The position numbers and the translations under genes are program-made. Under the pieces are notes generated by a model that had not been told where the DNA came from, made no database searches, and saw only the letters and a list, made by a program, of their open reading frames with translations. A DNA stretch of 64,000 nt from Tubiluchus corallicola (lineage: Eukaryota > Animalia > Priapulida): positions 248,001 to 312,000 of the forward strand of contig JAQGDQ010000045.1 in assembly GCA_030141605.1 (NCBI GenBank). The letters are read 5' to 3'. Shown piece by piece: positions 36,201 to 51,200 of this stretch. Position 1 is the stretch's first letter, and each line of letters starts with the position of its first letter.

Positions 36201-39200
36201 ATTACTTCGACCATTTGCACCTTTATTTACACGAGAAATTTCTGTGAAAGATTCAAGCCGGTATCGCGTGCTTTACAATTTTAACTTGCGTCTCATAATA
36301 TTATAATATAGTGAGTTAGTGAATTAACTAATCTGTTAGTTAATGTTGCACTAATAAGAAGAATAATTAGGTCTTTGTTAAGTATATTTTTGCTGTGAAT
36401 GTTATCATGAGATTGTGAGATCACCAGTGTGTAACTTGGTTCAAAAGGCTCTAAATTAAACCTATCGGATTATAAAATTATACTTATGTTACATCAGGGA
36501 CTACAGTGGTACACCCTCACGTTTTCCGACACTTCTAATTCTTCTGGAGGACTCAGCATATACAGAGCAACAAGTGTTTCAAATAATCTGCAGTCTGTTC
36601 TTGTTAGTTTTGGCAAAACAACAAAATATGTTTCTGCATAGTACCATTAGCTTACTTTTAAAAATGTTATATTATAAACGCGAGTAGGTGTTAGGTGAGT
36701 GTTACACAGAGGTCAATAATTTGCTTCTTTACAGATTACTCCAGTTCATAGCACAGTATAGTCAATCAACCCGCAGATTTCTAGCTCCTGCATGTAAAAC
36801 GGAAACAGAATATGTATGACAGAAATAAGGAGCTGACAACAGGAGTTTTTTTATTGTCTGTCTGTATGGAAAAAAATATTAAAAATGTAAACATTTATTA
36901 AATTGACATTTAAGTCAGCATCTGGATGTGTCATGTGTTAAATCATTCTGTGCGGTCTCTTTGCTAGATGCCTTTTGTTGTGTCTATTCACCGCAGCACG
37001 GCATATATTTTTTTGTTTGCCAAATTGCAAAGTCAGTTAAATTATTTACACTCTGAAATAACATACCTTCGTAATTAAACTAATTATCGCTCACATTCGT
37101 TTTTCCAGGTTTGACATCATTGTTGCTAACCTTGTTAATCGTGATCGAGAGAAAATGTTTGATGTTTTAAATAAAAAATGCTGAATCGCTTCAGCGCTAA
37201 TCAAGGAAATTATATTTGAGTTGAAGTAGTCGTAAATTTTGCAAGTGCACATTGCACGTATCTAATGCTGCATGATGACTAAACGCTACAGAGATTGTAA
37301 ACTGCCGTTCATTTGTTTATGTATCTACCCTGGTTTATACGTGCTATTAATAAAATCCCATCAGCTGGGTTATCTGTTGGGAATTCTTAAGATGCTTCAT
37401 CAGTAAGAATCAATATTGCTCATTAGTTGCTGTTCCTTTGCCTGTCTTCTCTTTTGGTGTCTGACATCTGCAAGCCTCACAGGCAGCCGTCAGTCTACTC
37501 CCCCTAGAAAATCCGTGAAATGAATACATGTGTACTGTGCACAAATACATGACTAGTGCGTGTTTATATACAAATTACATTTCCGAGATTTTTGGCCGCT
37601 TATGTATATAGCGATGTGCTAGATGTTGATTGATTGGTTGATATTGATCACGTGGTGTTTGCAAACGCCGGGTTTCTGGCTTCGCAGCAGGCTGCCTGGT
37701 TTTGTAAATTGTATGCCTTGATGACTAATGCGTGTGGGTATGTAGTTTGCTAAATGTTCTCCCGGTGCATTTACTCAACCTCAGAGTAGTATATTTAAAT
37801 TATACTAGAATGTGAGAGTGCTGTCTTTTGACTGAGTGGGAAACTGTAGAAATTGTTGTACATGCACTTTAAAAGCTACACGTGGTTATGGCTTGAAATA
37901 GAATTACTTCCATTGCAAAAAATTCAAAAGGCAGAACTGGTAAAACTTGTGTATGAGTAGTGTATTACAGTTCCTGCAAATAACTTGCAAGAACACATTT
38001 CTTGTTATCAACAACTCATTTTCTTCCCCTGGTAAGTAATTTTGTTTAATAATTAATGATTGTTTCAACTCATTTGTTCGTTAGTATCATTTTTTCTGTA
38101 TTGGCCTAGTGTATTATTCATATTCGGTGTAAACGCAGATATAACAGTAATTACATAAAAAGTTTGTCCTAACTTTCATTGTTGTACACACTTTTATTAG
38201 CTGTGCCTAAAGTCTTTGCTTGCTATATTGTAATGTACAAAAATAATAATTTTATAGTAAGTAAGGTAAGCAGTAAGCTCTCGGAGTAAAATTTGAATAA
38301 ATAATACTGTTTACCTGGTTAATATATGGCAGCGATTACGATAAAACTAGTATTAATCGCATCGGCTTCGCTAGCTAGTTGACGGCATGCAGCGTATATA
38401 CGTGTTTTGAATTTTAGAAAATTCCTTGTTTGTAAGATATTGTTAGGAAATTCGGCAAAAATTTAACAAGACGCTTTTAGTTGTGCGATCTTTTGGCGCG
38501 ATGCAATTGCCTGTAGTTCCTTGATTAATGATGCCTCCGAAGTCCTTAATTAGTCCGAAGACAGTTATTACTTAGTCAGTTTTTTCACACCATAATATCA
38601 CTAACTTGTTCTTTAGTTATCACGGTATATATATCTCTAGAGACGTATGTGGTATTGAACATTTCATTTTTAAAGCTGCGTATTCTGTGCTTTTGCACGT
38701 GTAATCAGCGGAGTAAAATGCATTTTCTTCATGGAATTGTACATTCTGCACATTCTAGGCTTTCAGCAATATATGTACGTCTATATATGCACGTCAAGTG
38801 GTAACAAAAAAAAAGTGTGAACTTCATAAACATGTGTTTGAAGAAATCAGCGCGAACTGTATAAACTTAAGTTGGAAGTAAATTATTGTGAACTTCATAA
38901 ACTTAATAAATTGAAATAATGAAATAAATTGTATTTACGGGTTACAGCTACGCAAATGCGGCATTAGAATTTGTTAGAAATTCAGAATTTGTGGCAAAAT
39001 TCCGAACGAACTAAAGAATCCATTTCGAACACATCTAGGAAATGAGCCTTGTGAGTTTTACGTCCGTTTTATTAAATTGCAGTAACTCGGTTGTTGACTT
39101 CAGCTACATAGTTCAAGGTACGACGTGGATTCTTTCACTGTTTGTTAGTCTCAATACTCAGGACTGTACTTTGTTTCAATTGTGACATGTTGTCACTCAG

Positions 39201-42200
39201 AGGGCCAAGGAATAATTAGCTAGGGCGAAATATTCGGATGTAAGTCCATCAGTTAAAGGTCAACGGGCAACGGACCACCAAACAAAAAACCACCAGTCAC
39301 AAGGAACGACAAGCCGACAGACCGGACTTCAAAGGATATTTGCTGCTCATCTTTTGGCTGATGGTCTCTGCTCAGCACCCGATAGGTCACAGGTGGTTTC
39401 TTTGTCCCTGGTAGATGTTTGACCCATGGTTATTGTTTGGTGATTTTTTTTGTCTGGTGGGCTTTTGTCCGGTCGCCATATCTGTATTCTGTGGCTTGTA
39501 GCTCCACATTTTTATTTTTTCATTGATGGTGTGTTACGCGGCTAAATTGTCTTTTTGACCTTTTAGATACTAAATGTGATCCTAATGTCTTCTTTTGTCT
39601 GCTGGGTGTGATGGAAAATTTAAATAACAAATGAATTTTCGAACTTTCCTCTTTTTGAATAGGCCTGTGGTTCACCAGCAGGTTTTTTTAGTAGTTACTG
39701 TTTTTTTAAGTTCTGTTGGCCACATTGAAGGCCTTGCCTTTGACCACTGTTTATGGCTGACTTTATTATTCGCGTTTTTCTGTATCAGCAAATACTTTTA
39801 AGGGTACTGTTTTACATTCTACTTTTCCTACTGTTGCATTACACTGAGTCTCCACGGCAATAAAACATTTAATTAAAGTACTTCATGAATTAGCTTTTCG
39901 TCTTGCATCTTGTAGTATTCATGATGTTATCTGTGTGTCACACACTGGACATCTTTGAGATAATTTGGAGACCGCTTGTTGAAATTTGATGCTATGGGAA
40001 TACAATGTAGTTGATTCACGGTATATGCTTGGCTACAAAGTTCAGCAAAACAGGGCCTGGTTTGTAAATGTATTGATGTACGCAGTGATTACATATTGAA
40101 AGAGTGAGCCTATATACAATTGGTGGAATAGCATAAAGTAAAAGTATGAGGCGTGTGAATCTATGATAGCTTGTGTTCTGCTTAATAATCATAATTACTT
40201 TTCCGATAAGATAACAGTTGCCTAGAGATGGCGACTTGTAAGCACCACCGAATAAAAATTTAATGAATGCTGTCGAAATTACTATAGGGATGTTCATTCA
40301 TGCGCATGTAAGCAGCCTTCTATTATACCATAACAATATTAGTAGTGCTGAAATTGGAAAATTTAAGGTTTTAGTGCCAGTGTTTTATAACGCCAGACCT
40401 CATGCAAGCTGTTTCTTGAATAAACTTTACATTTATTAATAGAAACTCGGCAGTTTGTGCAAGAAGAAACAGCCGAGAAAGTTTCACTGATTGATTTTTC
40501 GCCTGTGTATAAATTATTATCAAGCTAAACAATTTTTGTCGCTGTATTGATTGCCCCCGTTTCTGTTTCTTTCTGTATATGCGCTGTTTGTGCATTAAGT
40601 TATCTGAGAGAAGAGAAACTAAAACTGCTGCTAGGTTACAGGCCTCAATTTCTCTTCGTTTTCATTCAGTGTGATACTATAGAGTAAATTTTAGTTTTTT
40701 AGCCCTAGTTCTGTTAATTAATATTTTAGACCAAATTTTACGATTTCATATCTTTAATTTAACATTTTTACTTCAATTAAATTGAGCAGCGATTAGCCAT
40801 TTCCACAGTTAGCAATTGTAGCTGCTGTGGCGTAACATACAACAACCAAGTATGGTATTTATCTTTTTAAAATTCTTTTTTTCACTGCGAAGTGCCATTA
40901 ATCTGGCAATTATTCGAGCTTATATAAGCTTTCTCCGGGGCCTCTTTCCTCGCATCTAATTTCTACGCAGTTGATGTGCTCAAGACGATTTTTCACAGAA
41001 AATTTTTTCTGCAGAATTAATGCAGTAATTAAAAACAGACAGAAGTGCAGACAAGAAAGGTTTAATCAAAGTCCTTTATTTTAGAAGCGAATTTTTTCTG
41101 CTAGGAATACCTGGGAAGTGAGAGTGCATTACAATTTCTATATGCAAATTAGATCGTATATTAATTTTAGTGGGTATATGGATATATAACCGATGAGGCT
41201 ACAGCTCCGACGACGGCACCATTTTCGACAATCTATACATCAAACGAAAGGTCCAGACCCACAGATTTGCCATTGGGGTTTTATTTTTCGAATCGGTCCC
41301 ACCGAGAGGAACGAGGGCCGAAAAACCTTCAAAAATGGCCATTTTTCGGCCGTTTTTTGCAAAACTTATACTTCTTATTTCTGGGGAACGAGAATGGGCC
41401 ATGGGTGGTGCTGGCTATGGATAGATAGCCCGTTCAGCGGTGGGTGTAGTAGGAGGCGTATTTAGAATTCGCGAGAGGGCTATGGCGTCCCGTAACGGGC
41501 GTTTTCCCAGACCCAACTGCCGATTTTTTCGAAATTTTGACCAAACAGCATGCGGAAAAAACGTTCTAGCGGCGCTTAATGTGACTCTTGGAAGAAGATA
41601 TAGTTTTTTAGAAAGAGGAAGAAGAATGCTACACGATGATGCAGCAAATACATGATACATGATTACATTCAGCAAAATTACAGATTCCAGCTAATTCCTT
41701 GACACATCCTTGGTTGACCCCATGTAATGGATATACCTGCTTTCAATCTGTGAAGAGCTAAATTGTCGCCGCGAAGTCGAGCAGTTGCTTTAAGACGGGC
41801 CTGGAAAACATGTTATATTTTAATAAATATTCAGGTTTTTGCTTTTTCTGTGTTTATTTTGCTTTTCAGAGCGTTTTGCAGAAATCCAAATTGCAATTTT
41901 TTGCAAGTATTGACCGCAATAATGCAGTATAAAGCAGTGCAGTTTTGTTTTTGCTCGCAGCCGCTTGTCTGTTTTTCTGTTTATTCAACTACGAGGTTTG
42001 AGGGCTTGTCGCAAGTTACAACAACTTTTGGGAGTGTTTTAAATATTTGATTTCAGCAGAGCTTGACTTAAATACAGGCTTGGCAACTGTATTTTCTGTT
42101 TGTAGCCGAAGTGCAGTTAAATATAAAGATTGGTCAGCAAAAATACGTTTTCAAGCTGCACTAGAATCATAAAAACTCGGATAAGAACATTTTTGTAGAG

Positions 42201-45200
42201 TATTAAAACCTACAGTAGCAATTAAGACATAGCAAGCATGGTAAAACACATGGGCTACTCATACAAAATATAAATAAACGCTAAAAAAGCCTTTATGTTT
42301 GTGTGCGTTTCTCTTCATATTATAGCTGTCATCGGTTTTATATAGCCAAAATAATAACAGGAAATTGTTAAAAAGGTGTCAAAATTTTGCACAAGTGCAC
42401 TTATAAACAGTGATGATGAACTTTGTGAGTAGTGTAGTTGTCTATTCTTGAAATGTTAAGATAAAGCAAGATGAAGGAGTTTTTCAAGTCAATATTATAC
42501 TGTAGATACTGTATACGAGTACACTGCAGATAGAACTTTGACTGATATGTTATTTATGTAGATAATCCACATAAGTGAAATTTCTCATCTTATCTTATCA
42601 TATTTTTTTAAAAGCACTGTATACATAACACTATTAAAGATCTTAAATCTTAGTCGACTATGCTGCGTATGATTGTATTTAGACAGTTGGTATTAAGTTT
42701 AGCTAATGTATCGTCCGTTGGCTGGTTTGTTACTTTGCCTTATTGGCGGTTATTATTATAAAGTGCTGTTTTGTAACGAAAATATGAAGATTATCAGCGC
42801 TTGTATTAGCATTTCTTTGGATAGCTTCTCAACAAAGAAGTTATGGAGTTATATTGTATTGCGAAAATACACAAACGCGTCTTTTCTACTTTCGCCAGTA
42901 GGAGCATTTTTTGAGCTGATTTTATTGAAAGCAGACTTTCATATGAGGTATCTATACTATACTATTTGTATGAACTGTACAAAAACATCTGTAGATTAGA
43001 TCTATCATCTATACTACAATGTCTGTCTGTTGCGTATGTTATATTATATGTTATATTATGTTGCACTGAATAAATTCTAATTGCGAGACCCTTACCTGTC
43101 CCTGAAGCTTATGGACCATGATGAGGATAAAAAACTCGCTTTCAAAGACTGTCTATATGCTTAAATTATATACTTATTAGCCTTATTTATTCTGTTGTCA
43201 TTAATTGGACTTACGCATTGACGTGGTGGTATGTTCCAAAACAAACGTTGCCATCTTCTGAACTTGTTACAAGTAAGCCAATTACGAATTTTATTGTGTG
43301 AAGCTCGAATGTAACAACAGCAGTTCAAGATTGCATTATCAAGGTCAAATTTGTTCTGCAAACATATGATACAAAGTTATAATGTTATTACCTTTCAGCC
43401 GCCAAAAGTTTTATAGCAATTAAACGCAAGAATGGATTATTTTATCGCGTTTGGCTTGAAATAGCTTGTTTTAGACGCCTTGATGTTGCAAATTGCTCTA
43501 CGCATAAAGTTTTTATGTGGCATTTTGCTACGCCAAGATATTGCCTTATATGGAGCGTTGAAACTAATTTTAAAACTTTTTGATTAGAAATATGGCTTTG
43601 CTGTGGAGCCCCCGAACGGTCACGTTGAGAAAAGTTACTAATTTGCGGCCACGAATTAGTATATCATATGCTTGGATTAGTTAATGGCTGCTACTGCAAG
43701 CATTTCCACCTCGTGTTATCAGTTTTATGGAAAGCTGAGATAAAAGAGAGCAAAATTGCGTCATGGTTTGCCAAATGAAAGCAATCATGTTTTTTTATGG
43801 TAATGTAACCTTCGTATATGTTTTGTCGACTTATTACGAGAGATCCCATACTTCTACATCTGATCCTATGACTGAGACTTCGCATACCGGTACATATAAC
43901 TTGTCTCTTGGAACTTAAGGCCTTTGATTACATATAATTGTTTGTTTCCCATATGGACCTTGAAGTCCCGTGTGTACGTTTCGAGCCAATGCCCGGACCT
44001 GAGGCCACACATACTTGATGCCTCTTGAGGCTTAAAGGCCGTGAATAAATATAACGTTAATACGTAGGCTGTTATTTTCTCACGTGGCTACAAACGAAAA
44101 TGAACCACTAAATACCAAGTTCGGTTAGATGTAGGTCTGGTAAGAAGCAAGGTATTAGGCTTTCTATTTAGCTCAAGATGTTGAAAAACATAAGCGTTAA
44201 GCTATCAGTACGATACAACTTATGGGATTCTAGCAAGACCGACAACAAAATAGCAGTAAAGCCTAAAACCTAATAGAACAAGCCTTAGAAATTAGTCACA
44301 AGCTTTGTTAAAATCACGGAGAAGCAGTCACTAGACTGTGCACTCGCTGGAATGCGCGAAAATGGAGAGAGTGTTTGAACTCAAGGGATATAGCTCCCTC
44401 TAGCGATGCGTTTAGCAAATAAGTTTATTTAAATTAGCAGGTAATAATAAGATAACAGATAGATATAATAACCTTCAGGTTTTAGATCATGGATCACTGT
44501 TTGTCTATTATTTGATAAATGAAGTCTGTCCTCTTTGAAGTCTGAAATGCAACTTCTCATGGGTGGCGTCAGCAAGCTCTGGCTTCTTTCATGATGCATA
44601 TGTTGTTCTTCTATTCTCTTCATCTATGAAACACCTCTCCATCGTTGGATAAAACTCAATGAATTCTATTCGTTAATATTAATTCCTGCATTTTATAACA
44701 ACATACTGTTTTTATCCTAAATTATGTTTTAGTTCTACATCAGTCTTAGTTCAATTATCTCGTGTGGCTTCCTCTTCTAGTACTTTCTATTGTAATCGTG
44801 TGTAAAAAGCGGTTGAGCAAGAATGGTCACCACGTTACTGTACTCTACACTTGATTTTCGGTATTAAAACCAGTATTCTTACCATTTTCTGAACAGTTAC
44901 TGTTTCTTGAGCGCGTCTTTGTTTCAACGGCTGCATTAATCATTTTCCTGGGCGCGATGTAATATGTCGTCGCCATGAATTAGTATATCATGTGCACAGA
45001 TTAATAATTTGTGGCCACGAATTTGTGATCTCGGATTAGTATATCGTGCGCATGGATTAATATATTGTGTGCATGGATTAAAATATATTGAGCTCTGGGA
45101 ATAATAATTCATGGCCACGATGTATTAATTCAGGGCCACGAATTAGTAGGTTCTCTACCTGGCCCTTCGGGGCTCCTTATCTGGCTGTAATTGGCACATC

Positions 45201-48200
45201 AGCTTTTGTGCATATATAGTTACTATAAAAATGACAGTTACCTTGATTGTAAAGAATTAATAAGTTTCGTTCAAAATTATTTCTAAATATATGTATTATT
45301 TTTATTTCGAGTACGTTTTCTCTAAAAAACGGCCGAGTATTTCATAGTCAAGTTGATATTTCTTGGCCTGTGCTTTTAATTAGATATTTCGGATTGTATT
45401 ACGTATATATTTCAAAATAATAAATTACTATTATTTGCAGTTACTAATATCTTTCCTATCTGTCTTCATGGAATACTTTAGTCGTGCAAGCTAAGTTAAC
45501 AAAAACCATTTATGCTTTATATTATCTAGTTGTGAGAACACAAAATTTTGTTCCGTACACGTGTTGTTAGGTCTGCAGTAGTTTAAAAGTTAATTAAAAA
45601 TTTGTATATGAAATGCTGAATGTTATGCATTTAGAAAAAAGTATTAACAGATCTGCAAAAATTCTAGCAATCAGTTTATATAGTAAAGTATAGTGATTGT
45701 AGTTTCACTTTTGAGAAAGTATATGCTTTTACTGCCTTAATTGCAAATTAACTCAATAATTGCAGAGATAACAACAAATTTCTAGACAGATTCTGTTTAT
45801 TTGTTTGTGTGTGTGTGTTTGTACGTTTGTTCGGGCGTGCACTAATAATGGTGATTTGATTTAACACTATGCCTGCAGCAGTTTTTCTCATAATTATATT
45901 TTATGCATGTTATATTTTTCTCTGGGTTGTAGTATAGACTAGTGGTATATGGATTACTTTAATTTATTACATTTCTCTTGATAATGCATTTACTTAAACA
46001 GAAACAAACAACTTGGCAACTTGATTACATTATTCTTACATAATGACAATTGTTAACACTATGGGTTGCATTTATGTGTGTTACTATGAGTGATCACATT
46101 CATAAATTTAATAATAATCTACGTCGTGTTGCGGTGTTGTCAACTTGTCGTGCGCGATCATAAATTGAATTTTTGAACGTGCTTTCGCTGCTTTGTGTTT
46201 ATTAATCTGTTTTATGACGCATTTTTCACTTCTGTTGTAAGGATTGGCGCAGTTATTTGTAATCGTTGAGCCACAGACTGTGCAGCTGCAATTTCGGCAC
46301 AAAATTGACGTTCCTCGTTGCGAGTGCTGTTAAAGTTGCGGTTATGACGTTGCCGGTGCCGAGATCGTGGGCAGGAAAGTAGTAAGTGCTGATTTTACAA
46401 GCCAAAGATATGCAAACACAGGCATGCTCATTTACTCAAATAGTAGTTCAGTTTTTAAGCTTATCTGATAAAAAACTCATATTTATTCATAGTTGGATAT
46501 CCAGTAACTTGTTTAATTTACAGCCAGAGAAAAAAATGGGTATAAAAATTACCCCTTTAAGCCGTCCCTCTGTCAGTTACTTTCGGTCATTTGTGTGCTG
46601 TGGACTGAGTGAACTGGAAGTATACGCTTGCGCTGGCGCTCATCACATGCAAAAATACAAAGAACACATATAACACTTTCATAACGGTACATTGTAGTTT
46701 CCAAATTTTATCAGTGCCTAATAGGGTGCTAATAGGGCATCTTGACAAGATGCCACTGTATATTAGCATTGAGTCTATCCTCTGCCTAAATTGTTTCCAA
46801 ATGCACTGCTTTTCCTGGAGGACGGCACTCGTACTCAGTCCTATGGTATTCTTTCTCAAAACCTTATTGTTTCGGAAAATTTTCCTCGTTATTTCTTAGT
46901 ATAATTTTAGTTTAACGACTTCACATGTTAGCTTGGTGTACATTATAGCCGTGACAGCACTATATAAATTTCCTAACAATGTTTTATAATTAAAATTTCG
47001 CACATACTGGTGAGCGCAATACTACTGCAAAGAGTGCGCTCCTCAAATGTGACACTTCTACGCTGTATAGTATTTGGCAATTTTAACAAATTTGTCTGTT
47101 GAAAACGTATTCCATGCATTTATTACGTCCTGACTCGATTACTGTAATTTCCTTTTACTGTTCTGCCTAATAGTCAAATACTCATATTACGGTACATTCA
47201 AAATGTAGCGGCAAGACTCATTCTTACTGAAAATTATGCACATCACCCCTGTATAGCTTGAGCTTCAATGGCTTCCGGTAGTTCCTGTTGTACTCTTGTA
47301 AGATAAAAATCATTGGATAAAAATCACATCTCTGTACCGAGATCAAAATTGGTATCAGCTGGTGATTTCACTCGTTTCTGCAATGAATGTCGAATTGTGA
47401 AATGGCTTGACACCTGAACTGCGTTCCATTCAGCATTGATTACTTTAAACGCAACTGAAAGATAGGGCTGTTAAAAAGCCTAGTCACGAAGTGATAACTT
47501 TATGATTCTGATACCATAAAGCTGTTTTTATTATTTTTGAAATCACAGGTAATTTCTATTTTCTCTTATTATTATTATCATCATCATTATTATTAATGTG
47601 GGACCGTAATTGTATTTTCCTGTTGATTTAACGTATTTTTCGATTATGTGAAAGATACTTGTACTTTTTACGAATTTTTGTGTATGTAGATTCTGCTCCA
47701 TTTTTATCTTTTATTAACTTTTCAGGTACATAGAGCATTTTAATGTTCTAAAAGAGCACAAGAAATAAGTTTGTTGTTAGTATATTATACACTGTCATAA
47801 CAGTAGCAATACTATTATATCATACACTATAACAGTATTATTATAATAAGTTTACTAGTAGCACCTACTACAACGAGTAGTTGAATTGGTGAAAATACAC
47901 AGACAGACAAATCCTACAGACAGCATGTCATTAGACAAATAATACTTGATATTTACGGTTAAGCTTGTAAAGCGGAGTTGCATTAAAAGTTCTGCTATAG
48001 TGAATAGGTTTTGTCTGCTGTGGTTTATATTGTAGTTACCAGGCTATCCTGTAAAATATGTGTCTCACCTAAGCAAACTCACCGAAAAGCTACTCTTTTA
48101 ATTACAGCTGTTGTCGTTCCTGTTAGTCATATGTAGAATTTGTAAACTTTGCATAAGCTCACTTTTTATCGTTTTTCACAGTTGTTCGTTTGCCTAGGAA

Positions 48201-51200
48201 AGTATAAAACGTTAGTAGTTGTTACATGCAAGGTGCCAATGTGAACTGCTAGCAGAGAACGAGCCTGCAGAGGCATTGCAGACTACCTCATAGCACAACA
48301 CCTGTCACTGATTCGCACCCTTAATTTTGTGCCTTAATCGAAGCAGAAACTCGAATCACAAACTTCCCAAGATTGCTTAAACACATTTCACTTTCATATA
48401 CACTTTGTATGAAGTAGCTAAACTTAGACAAGCAATAAAATTCTTGTTTGTGAACTCGCCTTTTAACTATACTTTCTTCTTGGATTTCGCGACAGTCTCT
48501 ACACTAAGCCGGATTTATTGCTTGCAAATCTTCTGCTTTTAATGACACGTGGATAACGAACATTTAATGCTTGTCTGCTGACTGGAAAATTTCTTCTCTG
48601 CATGAAAGTTTTTCGCGATTTTGTCAAGAAATTAATAGCAGTCTCTTGTCTGAATGCAGCCAAGGTCAAACTCAATGGGCAGCAACATGGCGTCTGCCAA
48701 CTTTTTCCTTGATCGCACTAAAATTGCAGAAATCGATACATTTGAAGTGCTCGGTGAAATTTAATTTTTTTACCTCTCTCTTGAAGAATATAAAAGTTTA
48801 AGAGTACAACTAAAGAAAGAGTAGTTAAACATGAGACGCTAGCCGTGAAGCCATGGCAACCAGGAATTTGATCAGGCTGAGCCAGCGGCTGACTGCATAG
48901 TAAATTGTTGGCTAACTGAAATGTGCAGACATGAGTAATTTTATGATCAGAATTGATTAGGTGTCGATTTTAGAAAAGTTGGCAACTGCATGGCAAAGAA
49001 GAACGTTTGACATCCTATAATATTATAGTGGTCTTCGCTTTTTCAGGTGCGAATTATCTTTGATGAGATTTGAAAATGAACTTGTCCGATATTGTCAAGG
49101 CACCAAACCCAGTTTACGGGTGCAATTCTCGTATTGTTAGCATCAAGATCGACCCAAGCTGACATTTTTCAAAAGATAAAAGCAGATGGAAAATTTCCAA
49201 AACTAAAATTCATAGCAAAAAGCGGTAATTTACAGTGATTTTGAGCACTTTATTGGAGTCTTAAACTTGCTCGGCTTTCCCTGGTATTCACTTGTACAAC
49301 TATGTAAGCTCATTCTTTGAAGCTTTTCTATTGTGTGAGCGTAGCTGCTAGTTCTTTATAACGCAGAAACATCAAAGTGCTTTTAGGCTGATTATGTCTG
49401 CACAAACTTATATTAAACGTCTTGTGCTTTATCAACAATAAAGAAGTGTTCATTATTAACGGTTCTTGTAACGGCGTATGTAGGGCCGACACTTGCAAAA
49501 AGGAATAATTGGTGAGCCGTAAACTTACTTTTATGTTATGTTATAGTATTTTTATGTTGTCACGGGTTATCAAAAAGAAGAGGTACAGTAACTATTGTTA
49601 TTATTGTATCAGAAGAAACTATAATTATCGCTTGAACAAGTGAAACTCTTGCTTATAAGGTATCCATTTGCGCAAGCCAAGAGATGTCAAAAACGGTCTT
49701 ACAGGTACGGCAACCATATTGTAATAGCGACCGGGGTCCTACATTTCTGCGTGCAGGAGGATTTTTGAGATGCTTTGATAAACGACAAAGATCATATACA
49801 AAAGGACACACTGCAAGGTCCACAATAAGTAAAGTGTATGACGGAAGCAGTATTTTCTAAAGCCATTTTCGTGACATACTATAACTCAAGCTTCGAAATT
49901 TTAATTAAGTAAGATAAAAATGATTAGGCCAACGAGCAAGTGTATTAATTGTTTTGCTAACACAACACACAAACAAAATGCAAAAAAGATGACATTGAAC
50001 CAAATGCTTAAGCTTTAATTCAATCACTATAACTGTAATTTTTTGCGTAATTCTAAGCCTAATTAAAAGCTGATAATAACTCGAATTAAAAGCTAAGAAC
50101 TGCTATCCATTTCCCATCTTCTTTGCATTTTTTACTATAATTATACAAAACAATGCAGCAAATCAAAATCATGTTTACCATATACATACTATGCATACTA
50201 ATTGTCAAAAAATTTAATTTGTAATTTCTGCCATACAACAGTCATGGTGCCACATCAACAATGAAATACTGATATTAATATAATGACACTGACATTACCA
50301 AATTTAATTGCAAATAAACACAGTTAGCAAAAAAATTATAAGATGAAATGCGCGTTAACTAAATTTACGAAATTAAGAATAGTCTCATATAGTTTATAAA
50401 CATTTATAAGAGCCTAACGTATTAAATCCAGAAAAATTCTTGACAAAAAATCGTTTTTACAGTGTATGTCGACATTGTTCAACAAATGGACTGTAACATC
50501 ATTTAACAAAAAATAACAAGTGAATTTATTACTGTGATCGAAAACTGTAAATTACTTTCTGATGATCTGGAAATAAATAAACTAATAAGCATTTTCATTA
50601 CATTATAGATCAAGAGTATCAACAAATTCTGTTTTCATTACAAGTCTGATACATGTAACTGATAAAGGTTGGCTAATCATGTGTATCCAATAAAGGCAAC
50701 GATGAATTGTTTCTTTAGTTATTTTAGTAAGGTAACACCAGATAGGTTAACTGATTGTAGGATAGTAAGACATAATTTCCGTTGGTGCCTTTCTTGTGCA
50801 ATTAGCGTTGAAAAAATGACTTTAATTAGAGCTAAGGTTTGATGCGATGTAATCGGTTCGCAGAGGCTGACAGCCTTGTTGGCATTGGGATTGAATTGTT
50901 TAGGTATTATGTGTAGCTTCGTGTTTCATGTTTAAGGCGAGCAATTATTACTTTCTTAGATACATTTGTGAATTGTCATGTGGTCCAATAAAACCATAAC
51001 TGATATTACCACTATTAACTAACAATTCTGAAATTTAGGTTGATTAATGAATTGTAAAATACTTGGGGGTGTATAGTTGAAGAGATTAACACTTTTGGCT
51101 AATAATTTGAATGTGTTTGCACAGAAGAATATGATTGACCAGATTATGTAATCGTAGCTAACGGAATATCTATCCGGAAATGAACTTTGTTCGAAGTGCC

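Noticed and set aside
43965-44015. Hammerhead-ribozyme-like fold on the minus strand (GTGTG...GGGC-ATTG-GCTC-GAAAC-GTA-CACAC)
   Set aside because: Stems and GAAA are present, but the required CUGANGA core is missing at the correct position.
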